Notes: generated by a model from the letters alone, not told the origin. Shown: positions 18,269 through 28,308, numbered from the stretch's first letter. The stretch: 64,000 bases of DNA from an uncultured Thermococci archaeon (GCA_964595645.1 CAZQQT010000011.1:2064-66063), one strand, 5' to 3'. Numbers and translations: made by a program.

Positions 18269-19903
18269 TTAGCTCCTTTTTCGCCGAATATAAAAGAGAA
18301 CACCAGCGAGTAGTGTGGCAACTATAACAAGCACGATGAAATACACCGTATTGTCTGATTCGTCTGTTTCTAACGGCGGTTCTGGTTCTTCAGATTCGTA
18401 TGTAGGCGTTTCTTGCGTTTCTTTCTCATCCTTTTCTGGAGGTGCTGTTTCCTCTGGTTCTGGGGACTCCGTTACCACCTCTTTTGGTGGGGCTGTTTCC
18501 TCTGACTCTTCTTTCTCTTCGGGTAATCCCGTTACTTCCACTCCATCGATGGTATTCGTCCCTACCTCAAACAGATCGATGAACTTTTCATTTGCTTCGA
18601 AGAGTATCACAGACTCTCCCTCATACTCCCAGTCTTCTGGGTGGGCGGTCATGTCAAAGTCGTCATAAGACTCATAGTGTATTGGATTGCCACCATTTTT
18701 TGTGATGATATTACCTTCTACAATTATTTTTCCTGCAAAATTTCCTGAAAAATTGCTTAGAAAGTCAAAAACAGCTTTTCTATTATGGTGTATATTGTTG
18801 TCCCGCACTATTATATCTCCAGAGATATCTTCCTCTGCATAGTACTTATCATCCCAGTAAAAGATTCCACCCCATCCAATGGCACCGTCACCATTGTGGT
18901 GAATCTCGTTATCGTATATCTCATTGTTCGATGAAGTTATAAAGTATAAGCCATACATATCGTTGTAGCTGATCTCATTGTTGTATACTTTGAAATCAAA
19001 TACCTCTCCTTCAAATTCGATCCCGCTACTCCCACCAGTAGTATCTCTGCGATGTCTGTTCTCGCTGATAAGATTGTCGTGTATTTCGCCATTCCGCGCT
19101 TTGACAAGCCAGAGACCTTGTTCGCCGTTACGTAGTACTGTATTGTGCGCGATCTCGATGTCCTCCACGTACTCAAGCTCACCGTGTGTCACACCGATGC
19201 CATCGCTGTTCGAGTTGATCACCGTGTTGCCGATGATTCGTACATGGTTGCAGCCGTCGGTGCGTATTCCCTGCGATCGTCCGTCGGGAAAGTCCTCTCC
19301 TCGTTCAAATGCAGCCTGGAGCCCCTCGTTATCGATATACATGCTCAATCCATTGTCTTCCACATGGTTGTCTCTGATCTCAACGTTGTCAGCATTAGAC
19401 ACACTTAAAAAAAATGATCGATGGCTCTTTTTCACCGTGTTATCATGGATAGAAACTTTTTCTGCACGGAATCGATGCCCCCATACCTGTATACCATAAT
19501 CATTATTGATAATCGTGTTGTTGTAAATTTTTACATATTTTGCATCGAAAACAAGAATTCCACCTGTCTTAAAGGGTTCATTCATCGTTGCCAGTCTTGC
19601 ATCGCCCTCGCCTCTCCGTATTCTTTCCTGGATCGCCTCGGAGATCGCCGTACCACAGTCGTGGACGTAGTTGTTCCGGATCACAACGTAATCTACATCT
19701 CGTATCTGGATTCCAGGACCATCGGGGTTACTGATCTCGTACCCTTCGACGATATAGGGATTATCGAGGGAGCTTGATACATTTTTTATAATAATTGGAT
19801 CATGGAGGGTGTACGGGTCCGATATGGTAGGATGCACAAACAATGTAGAGAAACAGCCGCAGAAAAACAATACTAATAGAGAGATACTCTTTATCGTTTT
19901 CAT
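18269..19903 (-). CDS. Paralogous beta-helix surface protein ending in a C-terminal TM anchor and RRKRS tail
   Basis: Signal peptide MKTIKSISLLVLFFCGC. Same PbH1 repeat series and identical PE linker. Terminates after YFIVLVIVATLLAGVLFYIRRKRS. Confidence 0.7.
   Translation of the reverse strand: MKTIKSISLLVLFFCGCFSTLFVHPTISDPYTLHDPIIIKNVSSSLDNPYIVEGYEISNPDGPGIQIRDVDYVVIRNNYVHDCGTAISEAIQERIRRGEGDARLATMNEPFKTGGILVFDAKYVKIYNNTIINNDYGIQVWGHRFRAEKVSIHDNTVKKSHRSFFLSVSNADNVEIRDNHVEDNGLSMYIDNEGLQAAFERGEDFPDGRSQGIRTDGCNHVRIIGNTVINSNSDGIGVTHGELEYVEDIEIAHNTVLRNGEQGLWLVKARNGEIHDNLISENRHRRDTTGGSSGIEFEGEVFDFKVYNNEISYNDMYGLYFITSSNNEIYDNEIHHNGDGAIGWGGIFYWDDKYYAEEDISGDIIVRDNNIHHNRKAVFDFLSNFSGNFAGKIIVEGNIITKNGGNPIHYESYDDFDMTAHPEDWEYEGESVILFEANEKFIDLFEVGTNTIDGVEVTGLPEEKEESEETAPPKEVVTESPEPEETAPPEKDEKETQETPTYESEEPEPPLETDESDNTVYFIVLVIVATLLAGVLFYIRRKRS
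18414..18584. repeat. Repeat block R1, copy B
   Basis: Partner of 16780..16951. Confidence 0.8.
19027..19285. repeat. Repeat block R2, copy B
   Basis: Partner of 17364..17622. Confidence 0.85.
19602..19807. repeat. Repeat block R3, copy B
   Basis: Partner of 17939..18144. Confidence 0.7.
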
Positions 19904-19976
19904 TAATTTTTTCTTTTGCTCCCGTATTATTAAATTTTGCGCTACCTTTAATAATCCTGATTACAACGGATATTCA

Positions 19977-20840
19977 ATGAACATGATTCCTCTCGCTTTT
20001 GATAGCTTTGGCGCACGGTCTATGGCAACGTATATTGAGACTGCAGAGGTAAATATTCTTATCGATCCAGCGGTGGCACTTAGCCCAAAGCGTTATGGTC
20101 TCCCTCCTCATGAAAAGGAAATAGAGAGAAAAGAAAGACTTTGGAAGGAAATAAAACAATATGCAACAACTGCTGACATTTTGGTGATCACACATTACCA
20201 CTACGATCACCACAATCCGTCGGCACCAGAGATATACAAGGACAAGATAGTTTATATCAAAGATCCAAAAAACAACATCAATTACAGCCAGAAAAATAGA
20301 GCGAAACACTTCTTGAACGCGATCAATAATCGTGCAGCGGAAATCACAGTGACAGATGGTGCTCAGTTCTCTCATGGTCCTGTAGAGATTGCATTCTCAG
20401 AGGCAGTATGCCATGGAGTCTCGAGCAAGCTCGGATATGTTGTTGAGACCTTCATAGACGATGGGGGGGAACGGTTCATCCACACGAGCGATGTGGAAGG
20501 TCCAGCGCTGGATGATCAGACGACATTTATTCGTGAACATGCTCCACAAACGTTGATACTCGATGGCCCGATGACATACCTCCTTGGATACGCATATCCG
20601 TCAAAATACCTGAGAAAAAGTGTTGAGAATCTTATAGAAATAATCCAAAAGACAAATATCGAAACAATTATTCCTGATCATCATCTCGCCCGGGATCTCG
20701 AGTACAAATCCCAGATACATGAAGTGTACGAAAAGGCAGAAGACGCAGATGTGGATATTCTCACTGCTGCAGAGTACACTGGGAAAGAGGCAGATCTGCT
20801 TGAGGCACAGAGAAAAGAACTACATGCTACATCTTCCTGA
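19977..20840 (+). CDS. Metallo-beta-lactamase-fold protein (archaeal UPF0282-like)
   Basis: Start moved to the internal ATG at 19977 (MNMIPLAFDSFG) to avoid overlap with the opposite-strand gene. ITHYHYDHH metal-binding motif. Confidence 0.55.
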   Translation: MNMIPLAFDSFGARSMATYIETAEVNILIDPAVALSPKRYGLPPHEKEIERKERLWKEIKQYATTADILVITHYHYDHHNPSAPEIYKDKIVYIKDPKNNINYSQKNRAKHFLNAINNRAAEITVTDGAQFSHGPVEIAFSEAVCHGVSSKLGYVVETFIDDGGERFIHTSDVEGPALDDQTTFIREHAPQTLILDGPMTYLLGYAYPSKYLRKSVENLIEIIQKTNIETIIPDHHLARDLEYKSQIHEVYEKAEDADVDILTAAEYTGKEADLLEAQRKELHATSS

Positions 20841-21213
20841 CTAATTTCATCATCTGCTTCCGTACCTCCAGAAACTCTTCTTCGTCGCCCTCTTTTGCAT
20901 CTTTCGATAATTTTAAAAGTTTTATGAGAATATCTGAGAGCTCCACCGGTACGAGATTCGCGTAGATTGCTATGAGGATCGTGGCCACCGCTCTATCTAC
21001 ATTGCCTTTCGCAAGCCGTATATTGTCTGAAACAGCTTGTTTTGTGATTCCTCGCTTCTTCCCGAGCTCTTCGTACGTAATCGCACGATTGTTCCACACA
21101 TAGGCGACGTAGTCTTTCAACTGCCGCTCTGTTAGGTTGCTCTTTCCCAACAGTTTCTGCGCAAAGGTGTCGGTCTCGATCCACTTATCGATATACTCAA
21201 GGTCATACTCCAT
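20827..21213 (-). CDS. Tfx-like DNA-binding protein (sigma-70 region-4-type HTH)
   Basis: LTERQLKDYVAYVW...ITYEELGKKRGITKQAVSDNIRLAKGNV. Confidence 0.45.
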   Translation of the reverse strand: MEYDLEYIDKWIETDTFAQKLLGKSNLTERQLKDYVAYVWNNRAITYEELGKKRGITKQAVSDNIRLAKGNVDRAVATILIAIYANLVPVELSDILIKLLKLSKDAKEGDEEEFLEVRKQMMKLVRKM

Positions 21214-21320
21214 GTCTGATAGTGCATCTTAATTTTTATATAACTTTGTATAACAATTTACAGTACCGATATTGTAGAAAAAGAGAATAACTTTATATTC
21301 CGTAGAACGAAAGAACACAT
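21214..21320. promoter_or_regulatory. Divergent AT-rich promoter region with TATA-like boxes for both flanking genes
   Basis: ttaatttttatataac at ~21229-21244 serves the minus-strand gene. ctttatat at ~21288-21296 sits ~25 nt upstream of the plus-strand ATG. Confidence 0.3.
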
Positions 21321-22208
21321 ATGGCCTGGGTAACAGACGAGATCGTGGATGGGAGAAGAGGAAGGGTGTTAAATATCATTCTCCCTACAGAGGGGTGTTC
21401 ATACGATAACTGTTACATGTGCTCATATACTCACAATGTGGAGCCAGAGGAAGACCTGTTGGGGTATATAAAAAAAGAGTTAGATGGTAAAGACGTAAAC
21501 AAAGTAAAAATATTCACATCGGGGAGTTTTCTGGACAAAAAAGAGTTGAAAGTAAATGATCAAAAGGAAATTTTCTCATATCTCTCTCGCACGGATGTAA
21601 AAGAAGTATCAATAGAAACACGTCCCGAGTTTGTAGACAGGAAGAGACTGGAAGAGTTGAAAGACATCCTTAACAAAACATTAGAGATTGCCATAGGCCT
21701 GGAATCGGCAAATAACCATGTGTTAAAGTACTGCATCAACAAAGGGTTTAGTTACAGTGATTTTCTCACTGCAACTGATATACTCTCAACAATAGGAATA
21801 AAAATAAAGGTTTACGTATTTCTTAAGCCACTGTTTCTCACGGAGTATGAAGCGATCCTCGATACCGTGAATACATGCGAGACGATAGAAGAGATAGCTG
21901 ATTCTGTTTCTATCAATCCAATGACAATTCATAAGAACACCCTCGCAGAGTACCTCTGGCGTAGGCAGGAATATAGACCTCCGTGGATCTGGAGTCTAGT
22001 GGAGGTGCTCAACGCGATTGCCGATCTGAAATTTCACACCATCTGTCATCCTGTGGCATTAGGGAAAAGGAGAGGTGTGCACAACTGTGGCGAGTGTGAT
22101 CACAATCTCAAAAATCATATCGCCTCATACTCATTGAAAAATCAAGAAATCGAGTACTACCATGAGTGTAAGGAGAAGTGGGAACAACTTCTAAAAAGAG
22201 AGTGGTAA
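21321..22208 (+). CDS. Archaeal radical-SAM-like protein with an atypical CX4CX2C cluster
   Basis: ILPTEGCSYDNCYMCSY near the N-terminus, with a TIM-barrel-like remainder. Family assignment is uncertain; a TIGR01210/RaSEA-type protein is one possibility. Confidence 0.45.
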   Translation: MAWVTDEIVDGRRGRVLNIILPTEGCSYDNCYMCSYTHNVEPEEDLLGYIKKELDGKDVNKVKIFTSGSFLDKKELKVNDQKEIFSYLSRTDVKEVSIETRPEFVDRKRLEELKDILNKTLEIAIGLESANNHVLKYCINKGFSYSDFLTATDILSTIGIKIKVYVFLKPLFLTEYEAILDTVNTCETIEEIADSVSINPMTIHKNTLAEYLWRRQEYRPPWIWSLVEVLNAIADLKFHTICHPVALGKRRGVHNCGECDHNLKNHIASYSLKNQEIEYYHECKEKWEQLLKREW

Positions 22209-22209
22209 G

Positions 22210-22665
22210 ATGATAGATGAGACAGATAGGAGAATACTACATGAGCTCAACGAAAACGCGCGGTTGAGTTTTAGAGAGATTGCAAAAAAGCTGGATATCT
22301 CCGTTGCGACGGTTTCCCACAGAATAAAAAAGATGGAGGATGAAGGGGTAATTCGAGGATATATCCCTGTAGTAAATCAAAAGAAAGCAGGATATGATTT
22401 CACTGCTGTAATAGAGATAGCCATTGAAAAAGGAAGGTTAAAAAACGTGGAAGAAAAACTGGCAGCCTCACCTAACACCATTGGTGTGTACGATATCACC
22501 GGCACATACGATGCCCTCGTCATCGCTCGATTCAAGAACAGAGATCATCTCAACACATTCATAAAAAAGATTCAGCGGTTCGAGTTCGTACAAAAGACCT
22601 ACACGTCCATTGTACTCAACGTTGTCAAAGAGGATATACGTATTCCCTTCAATCAGACACGGTAG
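22210..22665 (+). CDS. Lrp/AsnC-family transcriptional regulator
   Basis: RRILHELNENARLSFREIAKKLDISVATVSHRIKKMEDEGVIRGY, followed by a RAM domain. Confidence 0.8.
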   Translation: MIDETDRRILHELNENARLSFREIAKKLDISVATVSHRIKKMEDEGVIRGYIPVVNQKKAGYDFTAVIEIAIEKGRLKNVEEKLAASPNTIGVYDITGTYDALVIARFKNRDHLNTFIKKIQRFEFVQKTYTSIVLNVVKEDIRIPFNQTR

Positions 22666-25048
22666 CAATGTCAACGACCGAATCGTCATCCACGCGAATT
22701 ACCCTCACGCCCTGCGTAGCTCTTCCGAAAAGGGAGACATCACCGGCTTCTATCCGTATCATTATTCCCTTCTCTGTAATCACGAGGATTTCATCCTTCT
22801 CTTTTACACATGAGGAGCTCACCACGTCTCCGTGACGTAATCGAATATTGATAACACCCTTTCCTCCCCGCCTCTGCAGAGGATACTCCTCTACTTGCGT
22901 TCTTTTCCCGTGCCCCTCTTCTGTAATCGTAAAAAGCGTCTTATCTCCTTCAGCTACATCAAGACTGACTACTTCATCACTTTCTCCGAGCGTGATACCT
23001 TTAACACCCATAGTGTTCCTTCCTGTAGGTCTTACATCCCCCTCTGAGAATTTGATACTTTTGCCCTTCTTCGTTGAGAGGATTACTTCCCGGTTGCCAT
23101 CTGTACGGACGACATTTACCAATTCGTCCTTTTCTCTCAGATCAATGGCAATGATACCAGTTATTCGTGGATTGGAATAATCTTCAAGTTTTGTCTTTTT
23201 TACAGTACCATCTTTTGTTGCCATAAAAAGGTAGCCCTCTTCAAATTCGGGAACCGGGATCGCGGCACTAATCTGCTCATCTTTTTCCATCTGGAGAAGA
23301 TTAATGATGGCTCTTCCTCTCGCAGTTCTTCCTGCCGTGGGGATACGATACCCTTTCAACCAGTACACCTTGCCTTTGTTTGTAAAGAAGAGGATATAAT
23401 CATGAGTTGAACAGGTAAACACAGCTTTAGTGAAATCCTCTTCTTTTGTCTCCATTCCAATTACTCCCTTTCCACCTCTCCGCTGGAGTTTATACTCGTC
23501 CACATTTATTTTTTTGATATATCCCAGGTTCGACAGTGTAACTACCACATTCTCTTCAGGTATCAGATCTTCTTCCTCTATTTCTTCTGTGGTGTATGTG
23601 ATTTTTGTTCGTCTTTCATCGCCATATTTCTCCTTTAGTTCACGGAGTTCATCTTTGATTATCTGAAGCACGCGTTCTCGAGAGGCAAGAATCCCCTTCA
23701 ATTCTGCGATAATCCCTTTTAGCTCTTTTAATTCTTCCTTTATCTTTTCCCTCTCCAGACCTGTAAGTCTTCGAAGCTGCATCTTTAGGATGGCATCACT
23801 CTGCGCTTCGGTGAACCCAAATCGTTCTATAAGCCTACTATTGGCTGTCTCGACATCCTCACTTTCCCGTATGATCGTGATGATCTCATCGATATGATCC
23901 AGCGCCTTCACAAATCCTTCAAGAATATGTGCTCTTTTCTCTGCTTTTTGCAACCTGTATTTTGTCCTTCGAACGATAATATTCTCCCGGTGGCTTATAT
24001 ACTCATTAATTACTTCTTTGAGGTTCAGTACATGCGGGACACCGTCCACCAGCGCCAACATCCTCACGCCGAATGTCTTCTGAAGTTTTGTATGTGTATA
24101 CAGCTGGTTTAAGATCAAGTTAGGGTTCGCATTTTTCTTCAGTTTGATAAATATCCTGATACCTTCTTTATCAGATTCATCTCTAATGTCTGAAATACCC
24201 TCTATTTCCTTTTTTTTCACTAAATTGGCTATTTTTTTTATGATTCGAGCTTTATTCACTTGATAAGGAAGTTCCTCAACGATAATATTGTTTTTTTCTC
24301 CCTTTTCTTTTTGTTCTATGGATGTCTTCGCTCGTATAGTGATCTTTCCTTTTCCCGTTTCATATGCGTTTACTATTCCCTCCCTCCCATAGATAATTCC
24401 TCCAGTTGGAAAGTCCGGTCCTTTCATTACTTCTATGAGTTCCTCTAGTTCAGCTTCAGGATTATTTATCACTGTTATTATCGCATCTACAACTTCTTGT
24501 AGATTGTGAGGAGGAATATTGGTGGTCATACCCACTGCAATTCCTGAAGAACCATTTAACAGGAGATTCGGGAGTTTGGCAGGGAGTACCTCTGGTTCCT
24601 CCAACGTATTGTCGAAATTCGGTTTGAACTCTACAGTGTCCTCCTCTATATCTGTGAGAACCTCTTCTGCAATTTCTGCCAGCCGCACCTCGGTATATCG
24701 CATTGCCGCTGCTTCATCGCCATCGACACTTCCAAAATTACCGTGACCATCGATCAGTGGGTACCGGAGAGAAAAAGACTGAACCATTCTCACAATAGAA
24801 TCATACACCGCCGCATCTCCATGGGGATGGTATTTACCGAGCACTTCACCCACAACCCTTGCCGATTTTTTATGGGGTTTGTTGTGGAACATCCGCATGG
24901 TGTACATCGCGTAGAGGATCCTCCTGTGCACCGGTTTTAACCCATCTCTCACATTGGGAAGTGCCCTATCGACAATTACACTCATGGCATAATCCAAAAA
25001 GGACGATTTTACTTCTTCCTCTATTTCTCTTTCAATTACCTGCTCCAT
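22649..25048 (-). CDS. gyrA: DNA gyrase subunit A
   Basis: AMSVIVDRALPNVRDGLKPVHRRILYAM and an active-site Tyr region; 799 aa. No gyrB in the window. Confidence 0.9.
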   Translation of the reverse strand: MEQVIEREIEEEVKSSFLDYAMSVIVDRALPNVRDGLKPVHRRILYAMYTMRMFHNKPHKKSARVVGEVLGKYHPHGDAAVYDSIVRMVQSFSLRYPLIDGHGNFGSVDGDEAAAMRYTEVRLAEIAEEVLTDIEEDTVEFKPNFDNTLEEPEVLPAKLPNLLLNGSSGIAVGMTTNIPPHNLQEVVDAIITVINNPEAELEELIEVMKGPDFPTGGIIYGREGIVNAYETGKGKITIRAKTSIEQKEKGEKNNIIVEELPYQVNKARIIKKIANLVKKKEIEGISDIRDESDKEGIRIFIKLKKNANPNLILNQLYTHTKLQKTFGVRMLALVDGVPHVLNLKEVINEYISHRENIIVRRTKYRLQKAEKRAHILEGFVKALDHIDEIITIIRESEDVETANSRLIERFGFTEAQSDAILKMQLRRLTGLEREKIKEELKELKGIIAELKGILASRERVLQIIKDELRELKEKYGDERRTKITYTTEEIEEEDLIPEENVVVTLSNLGYIKKINVDEYKLQRRGGKGVIGMETKEEDFTKAVFTCSTHDYILFFTNKGKVYWLKGYRIPTAGRTARGRAIINLLQMEKDEQISAAIPVPEFEEGYLFMATKDGTVKKTKLEDYSNPRITGIIAIDLREKDELVNVVRTDGNREVILSTKKGKSIKFSEGDVRPTGRNTMGVKGITLGESDEVVSLDVAEGDKTLFTITEEGHGKRTQVEEYPLQRRGGKGVINIRLRHGDVVSSSCVKEKDEILVITEKGIMIRIEAGDVSLFGRATQGVRVIRVDDDSVVDIATVSD

Positions 25049-25849
25049 TTAGACACCCATAACAATTCGCGAGAGATTTCGTGTTCCCGGTGCCATACCA
25101 AGAACGAAAATCACGAGTTTCAGGAAATTTGTGGTACTCTCATCCTCGATATCCTTGGCAATATACACGGCAAGGGCAACTATGGCAATCTTAATGGGGA
25201 ACATTATCCAAGGACCGGCGATATCGATGAGAAAGGAGGGGAGAACATGCTGTTCCCAGTAGTTGTAGAACTGTATTCCTGTGAACGTCGTGGATGCATC
25301 GAAGACATGCGCTGCAATGAGATACACATTTCCATCTAAAAAAGTACCGTACTTTCGTGTGAAAAGGTATATAGGGACTGTGATGCCACCTGTTATGCCA
25401 AATGTAATGAAAAAAGGTCTAATCGTTTCTATATTGATAATAACGAGAGCTGTAGTGATAGCTGCAAAAATACAGCCGGAGATAAACAGGGTCCTATTAA
25501 AATCGTATCTGTCTCTCCAGAGCAATGCAATACCCATACAGGCCAGTGTGAGCAATGCAATGGTGAGATATATTCCCGGAGTTATCAGCAGTGGGGTACG
25601 GGGAAATATCTCTCCGTCTACCAGTGCCCGGGCCGTTCCACCGAGCACTATGAAGGGAGAAAGCGCAAAAATGAATTTTTTATTGATCGTCACATCTAAC
25701 TTTTCCAAAAGTTTAAGAAGGAGAACAGCTGCGATGAGTAAAATAACAGCATAAGTAAGGGTATTTACGATATTGTATCCAGTTCCATGTCGTATTGGGT
25801 CTATGTAATACTTCCTAATGAAATCAGCTATGTCAAGGTACCGATGCAT
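25049..25849 (-). CDS. Polytopic membrane protein (DUF63-like)
   Basis: About 7 hydrophobic helices. Family name recalled from memory. Confidence 0.4.
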   Translation of the reverse strand: MHRYLDIADFIRKYYIDPIRHGTGYNIVNTLTYAVILLIAAVLLLKLLEKLDVTINKKFIFALSPFIVLGGTARALVDGEIFPRTPLLITPGIYLTIALLTLACMGIALLWRDRYDFNRTLFISGCIFAAITTALVIINIETIRPFFITFGITGGITVPIYLFTRKYGTFLDGNVYLIAAHVFDASTTFTGIQFYNYWEQHVLPSFLIDIAGPWIMFPIKIAIVALAVYIAKDIEDESTTNFLKLVIFVLGMAPGTRNLSRIVMGV

Positions 25850-25886
25850 ACTAAGGTTTATAAGAGTCGTGTATATAAAGTTTATT

Positions 25887-26918
25887 ATGCATATTCATGA
25901 GATGGAAATACCCAGAAAGGTAATTCTGGGAAGCCGTATCCTAGAAAAAGTGAAGGATGTCTGCGAGGATCTTCACCTGTCAGATCAACTGGTAATCAAT
26001 GACTCACTGACGAAGGACATTGGTGGGGAAACAGTTTCAGACTCATTGGACTGCGAAAATCTCATTGTAGAGGGAGCGGTGTACGAGGAGGTACAAAAAG
26101 TAACAGCCTACGTACGAGAAAACGAGTACAGAAGCATTATCACTGTTGGAGGTGGGAGTGTCATCGATATCGGAAAATTGGCATCATATAAAGAGGATAT
26201 TCCCTTTGTCTCCGTCCCCACGACGGCCTCCCATGATGGTATGGCATCCTCACGAGCCTCCATTGTAAAAGACGGAAAAAAGACATCCTTTACTGCCCAT
26301 ACCCCTACTGCAGTTATCGCCGATACGAGCATCGTCGTCCAAGCACCATACAAGTTTTTAGCCGCCGGTTGCGGAGATCTTGTCGCAAATTATACTGCAG
26401 TAAAAGATTGGGAACTGGCACACAGGCTAAGGAATGAGTACTACAGTGAGTACGCATCCTCATTATCGCTCATGTCTGCGAAACTCATGATAGAAAATGC
26501 AGAAACAATAAAAGAAGGACTGGAAGAGAGCGTGAGGAAGGTAGTGAAAGGATCCATCTCCAGTGGTGTAGCAATGAGTATTGCAGGGACTTCCCGACCC
26601 GCATCGGGTTCGGAACACCTCTTCTCCCATGCGCTGGACAAAATCGCAGAAAATCCGGCACTTCACGGCGAACAGTGCGGTGTGGGGAGTATTATGATGA
26701 TGTACCTCCACGGTGGTGACTGGCGGGAGATCCGGGATGCACTAAAAAAAGTAAAGGCACCAACAACCGCCGAAGAGCTCAATCTCGATTCGGAAGAAGT
26801 GATTGAAGCATTGATGATATCTCCAACCATTCGGAAAAGATACACTATCTTGGGGGAGAAAAAGCTCACGAGAGATGTTGCTATCAACATAGCGCGAAAA
26901 ACAGGAGTGATAGCGTGA
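25887..26918 (+). CDS. egsA: Glycerol-1-phosphate dehydrogenase [NAD(P)+]
   Basis: GGGSVIDIGK and VPTTASHDGMASSRASI motifs. Start chosen at the internal ATG at 25887, with a TATA-like gtatataaag just upstream. Confidence 0.8.
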   Translation: MHIHEMEIPRKVILGSRILEKVKDVCEDLHLSDQLVINDSLTKDIGGETVSDSLDCENLIVEGAVYEEVQKVTAYVRENEYRSIITVGGGSVIDIGKLASYKEDIPFVSVPTTASHDGMASSRASIVKDGKKTSFTAHTPTAVIADTSIVVQAPYKFLAAGCGDLVANYTAVKDWELAHRLRNEYYSEYASSLSLMSAKLMIENAETIKEGLEESVRKVVKGSISSGVAMSIAGTSRPASGSEHLFSHALDKIAENPALHGEQCGVGSIMMMYLHGGDWREIRDALKKVKAPTTAEELNLDSEEVIEALMISPTIRKRYTILGEKKLTRDVAINIARKTGVIA

Positions 26919-27310
26919 TATACACGCTTATCGGGCGAGAAATGGCTGAAGAAGGAGTTGAATTTATCGCGCAGGACAGTGAGGCTTGTAAAGACTGTAA
27001 ACGGTATCCCACATGCGTTAAGAATCTGGAGATAGGACGGCGCTACGTCATAAAAAAAGTAAGGAACAAATCCTTTAAATGTGTAATCAGCGGGGAGGTT
27101 GTACTGGTGGAGGTGATGCCATCAGAAATTCCGTTGCTCGTGGAAAAAAAGAACGCTATAGAAGGGATGAAATTCACATTCCAGCCCCTTTTGGATGGAA
27201 AGGACGAACTTGTCAATCCCTACGGTCTAAAAAAAGGTGACAGAGTAGAGATAACAAAGGTGCTGGAAAATCATAACGATAAAAAAAAGGTGATGGTGAA
27301 GCTCGTATGA
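26915..27310 (+). CDS. UPF0179-family protein
   Basis: MIYTLIGREMAEEGVEFIA...CKDCKRYPTC pattern. Confidence 0.5.
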   Translation: MIYTLIGREMAEEGVEFIAQDSEACKDCKRYPTCVKNLEIGRRYVIKKVRNKSFKCVISGEVVLVEVMPSEIPLLVEKKNAIEGMKFTFQPLLDGKDELVNPYGLKKGDRVEITKVLENHNDKKKVMVKLV

Positions 27311-28191
27311 AGCTCTTTGGATGTACATTTCCCACACCTGTACTCCCTGCCTCGGGGGTATTAGGTATCTCACGGGATCTTTTTCTACGGCTCGAATCGC
27401 TGGGAGTGGGAGGAATTGTGACGAAATCTATTGGACTCGAACCGAGAGATGGATATGAAAATCCCACCGTAGTAGAACTGGACTGCGGCGTTATCAACGC
27501 TATGGGACTCCCAAACCCGGGCGTTCATGCTTTTATAGAGGAGATAAAAGATATCAAATTAAAAATACCTCTTATTGTTTCCATCTTCGGAAAAAACCGG
27601 GAAGAATTTGTGAAACTTGCACAAAAACTGGAGTCTCACTGTGATGCATTGGAGCTAAACCTTTCCTGTCCACACGCGAAGGAGTACGGCATGAGCATCG
27701 GGCAGGACAGCGAAGCCGTACATGCCATCACAGAAAGTGTGAAAAACGCGGTAGATATCCCAGTGATCGTAAAACTCACCCCCAATGTGGACGATATCGT
27801 TCCTATCGCCAAAGCCGCAGAAAGAGGGGGTGCCGATGGCATCACCGCGATCAACACGGTGAAGGCGCTGGCAGTGAATGTGGAGATGAAACGTCCCATT
27901 TTGCAGAATATCTATGGTGGACTCTCAGGGAAATGCATCAAACCTATCGCCCTCCGCTGTGTCTATGATATCTACACAAAAATCGATATTCCTGTAATTG
28001 GTGTGGGTGGAATCTCCTCCACAGAGGATGCAGTCGAGTTCTTTATGTGCGGCGCGTCACTGGTGCAGATAGGCACTGCAGCACAGGAGATCACCGTATT
28101 TTCACGTGTATCGCAAGGAATAGAGGGGTATCTAAAAACACATAGTTGCTCCCTCCCGGATATTATCGGAAGCGCGACAAAAAATATTTAA
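27307..28191 (+). CDS. pyrD: Dihydroorotate dehydrogenase catalytic subunit
   Basis: GVINAMGLPNPGV, NLSCPH, GGISS motifs. Confidence 0.8.
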   Translation: MKLFGCTFPTPVLPASGVLGISRDLFLRLESLGVGGIVTKSIGLEPRDGYENPTVVELDCGVINAMGLPNPGVHAFIEEIKDIKLKIPLIVSIFGKNREEFVKLAQKLESHCDALELNLSCPHAKEYGMSIGQDSEAVHAITESVKNAVDIPVIVKLTPNVDDIVPIAKAAERGGADGITAINTVKALAVNVEMKRPILQNIYGGLSGKCIKPIALRCVYDIYTKIDIPVIGVGGISSTEDAVEFFMCGASLVQIGTAAQEITVFSRVSQGIEGYLKTHSCSLPDIIGSATKNI

Positions 28192-28215
28192 ACATTCGAT
28201 GGAGGGAAGGAATAG

Positions 28216-28290
28216 GGGCCCATGGTCTAGTTCGGTTATGACGTCGCCTTCACGAGGCGAAGTTCCCGGGTTCAAATCCCAGTGGGCCCA
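28216..28290 (+). tRNA. tRNA-Val (anticodon CAC)
   Basis: Folded manually. Acceptor GGGCCCA/TGGGCCC, anticodon stem TCGCC/GGCGA, loop TTCACGA, T-arm CCGGG-TTCAAAT-CCCGG, discriminator A. Confidence 0.85.
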
Positions 28291-28291
28291 T

Positions 28292-28308
28292 TGTTCTCAT
28301 CTTTTTAA
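28292..28308 (+). terminator. Oligo-T stretch immediately after the tRNA (archaeal-type terminator)
   Basis: tgttctcatcttttt. Confidence 0.3.

Noticed and set aside
18229-18321. N-terminal 31-codon extension of the 1004-aa ORF (MPHYSLVFSF...)
   Set aside because: It overlaps the 3' end of the upstream paralog. The internal Met at 18228 begins a clean signal peptide, so the extension is not coding.
19809-19976. Upstream extension of the MBL-fold ORF
   Set aside because: It overlaps the opposite-strand beta-helix gene and is hydrophobic junk. The internal ATG at 19977 is used.
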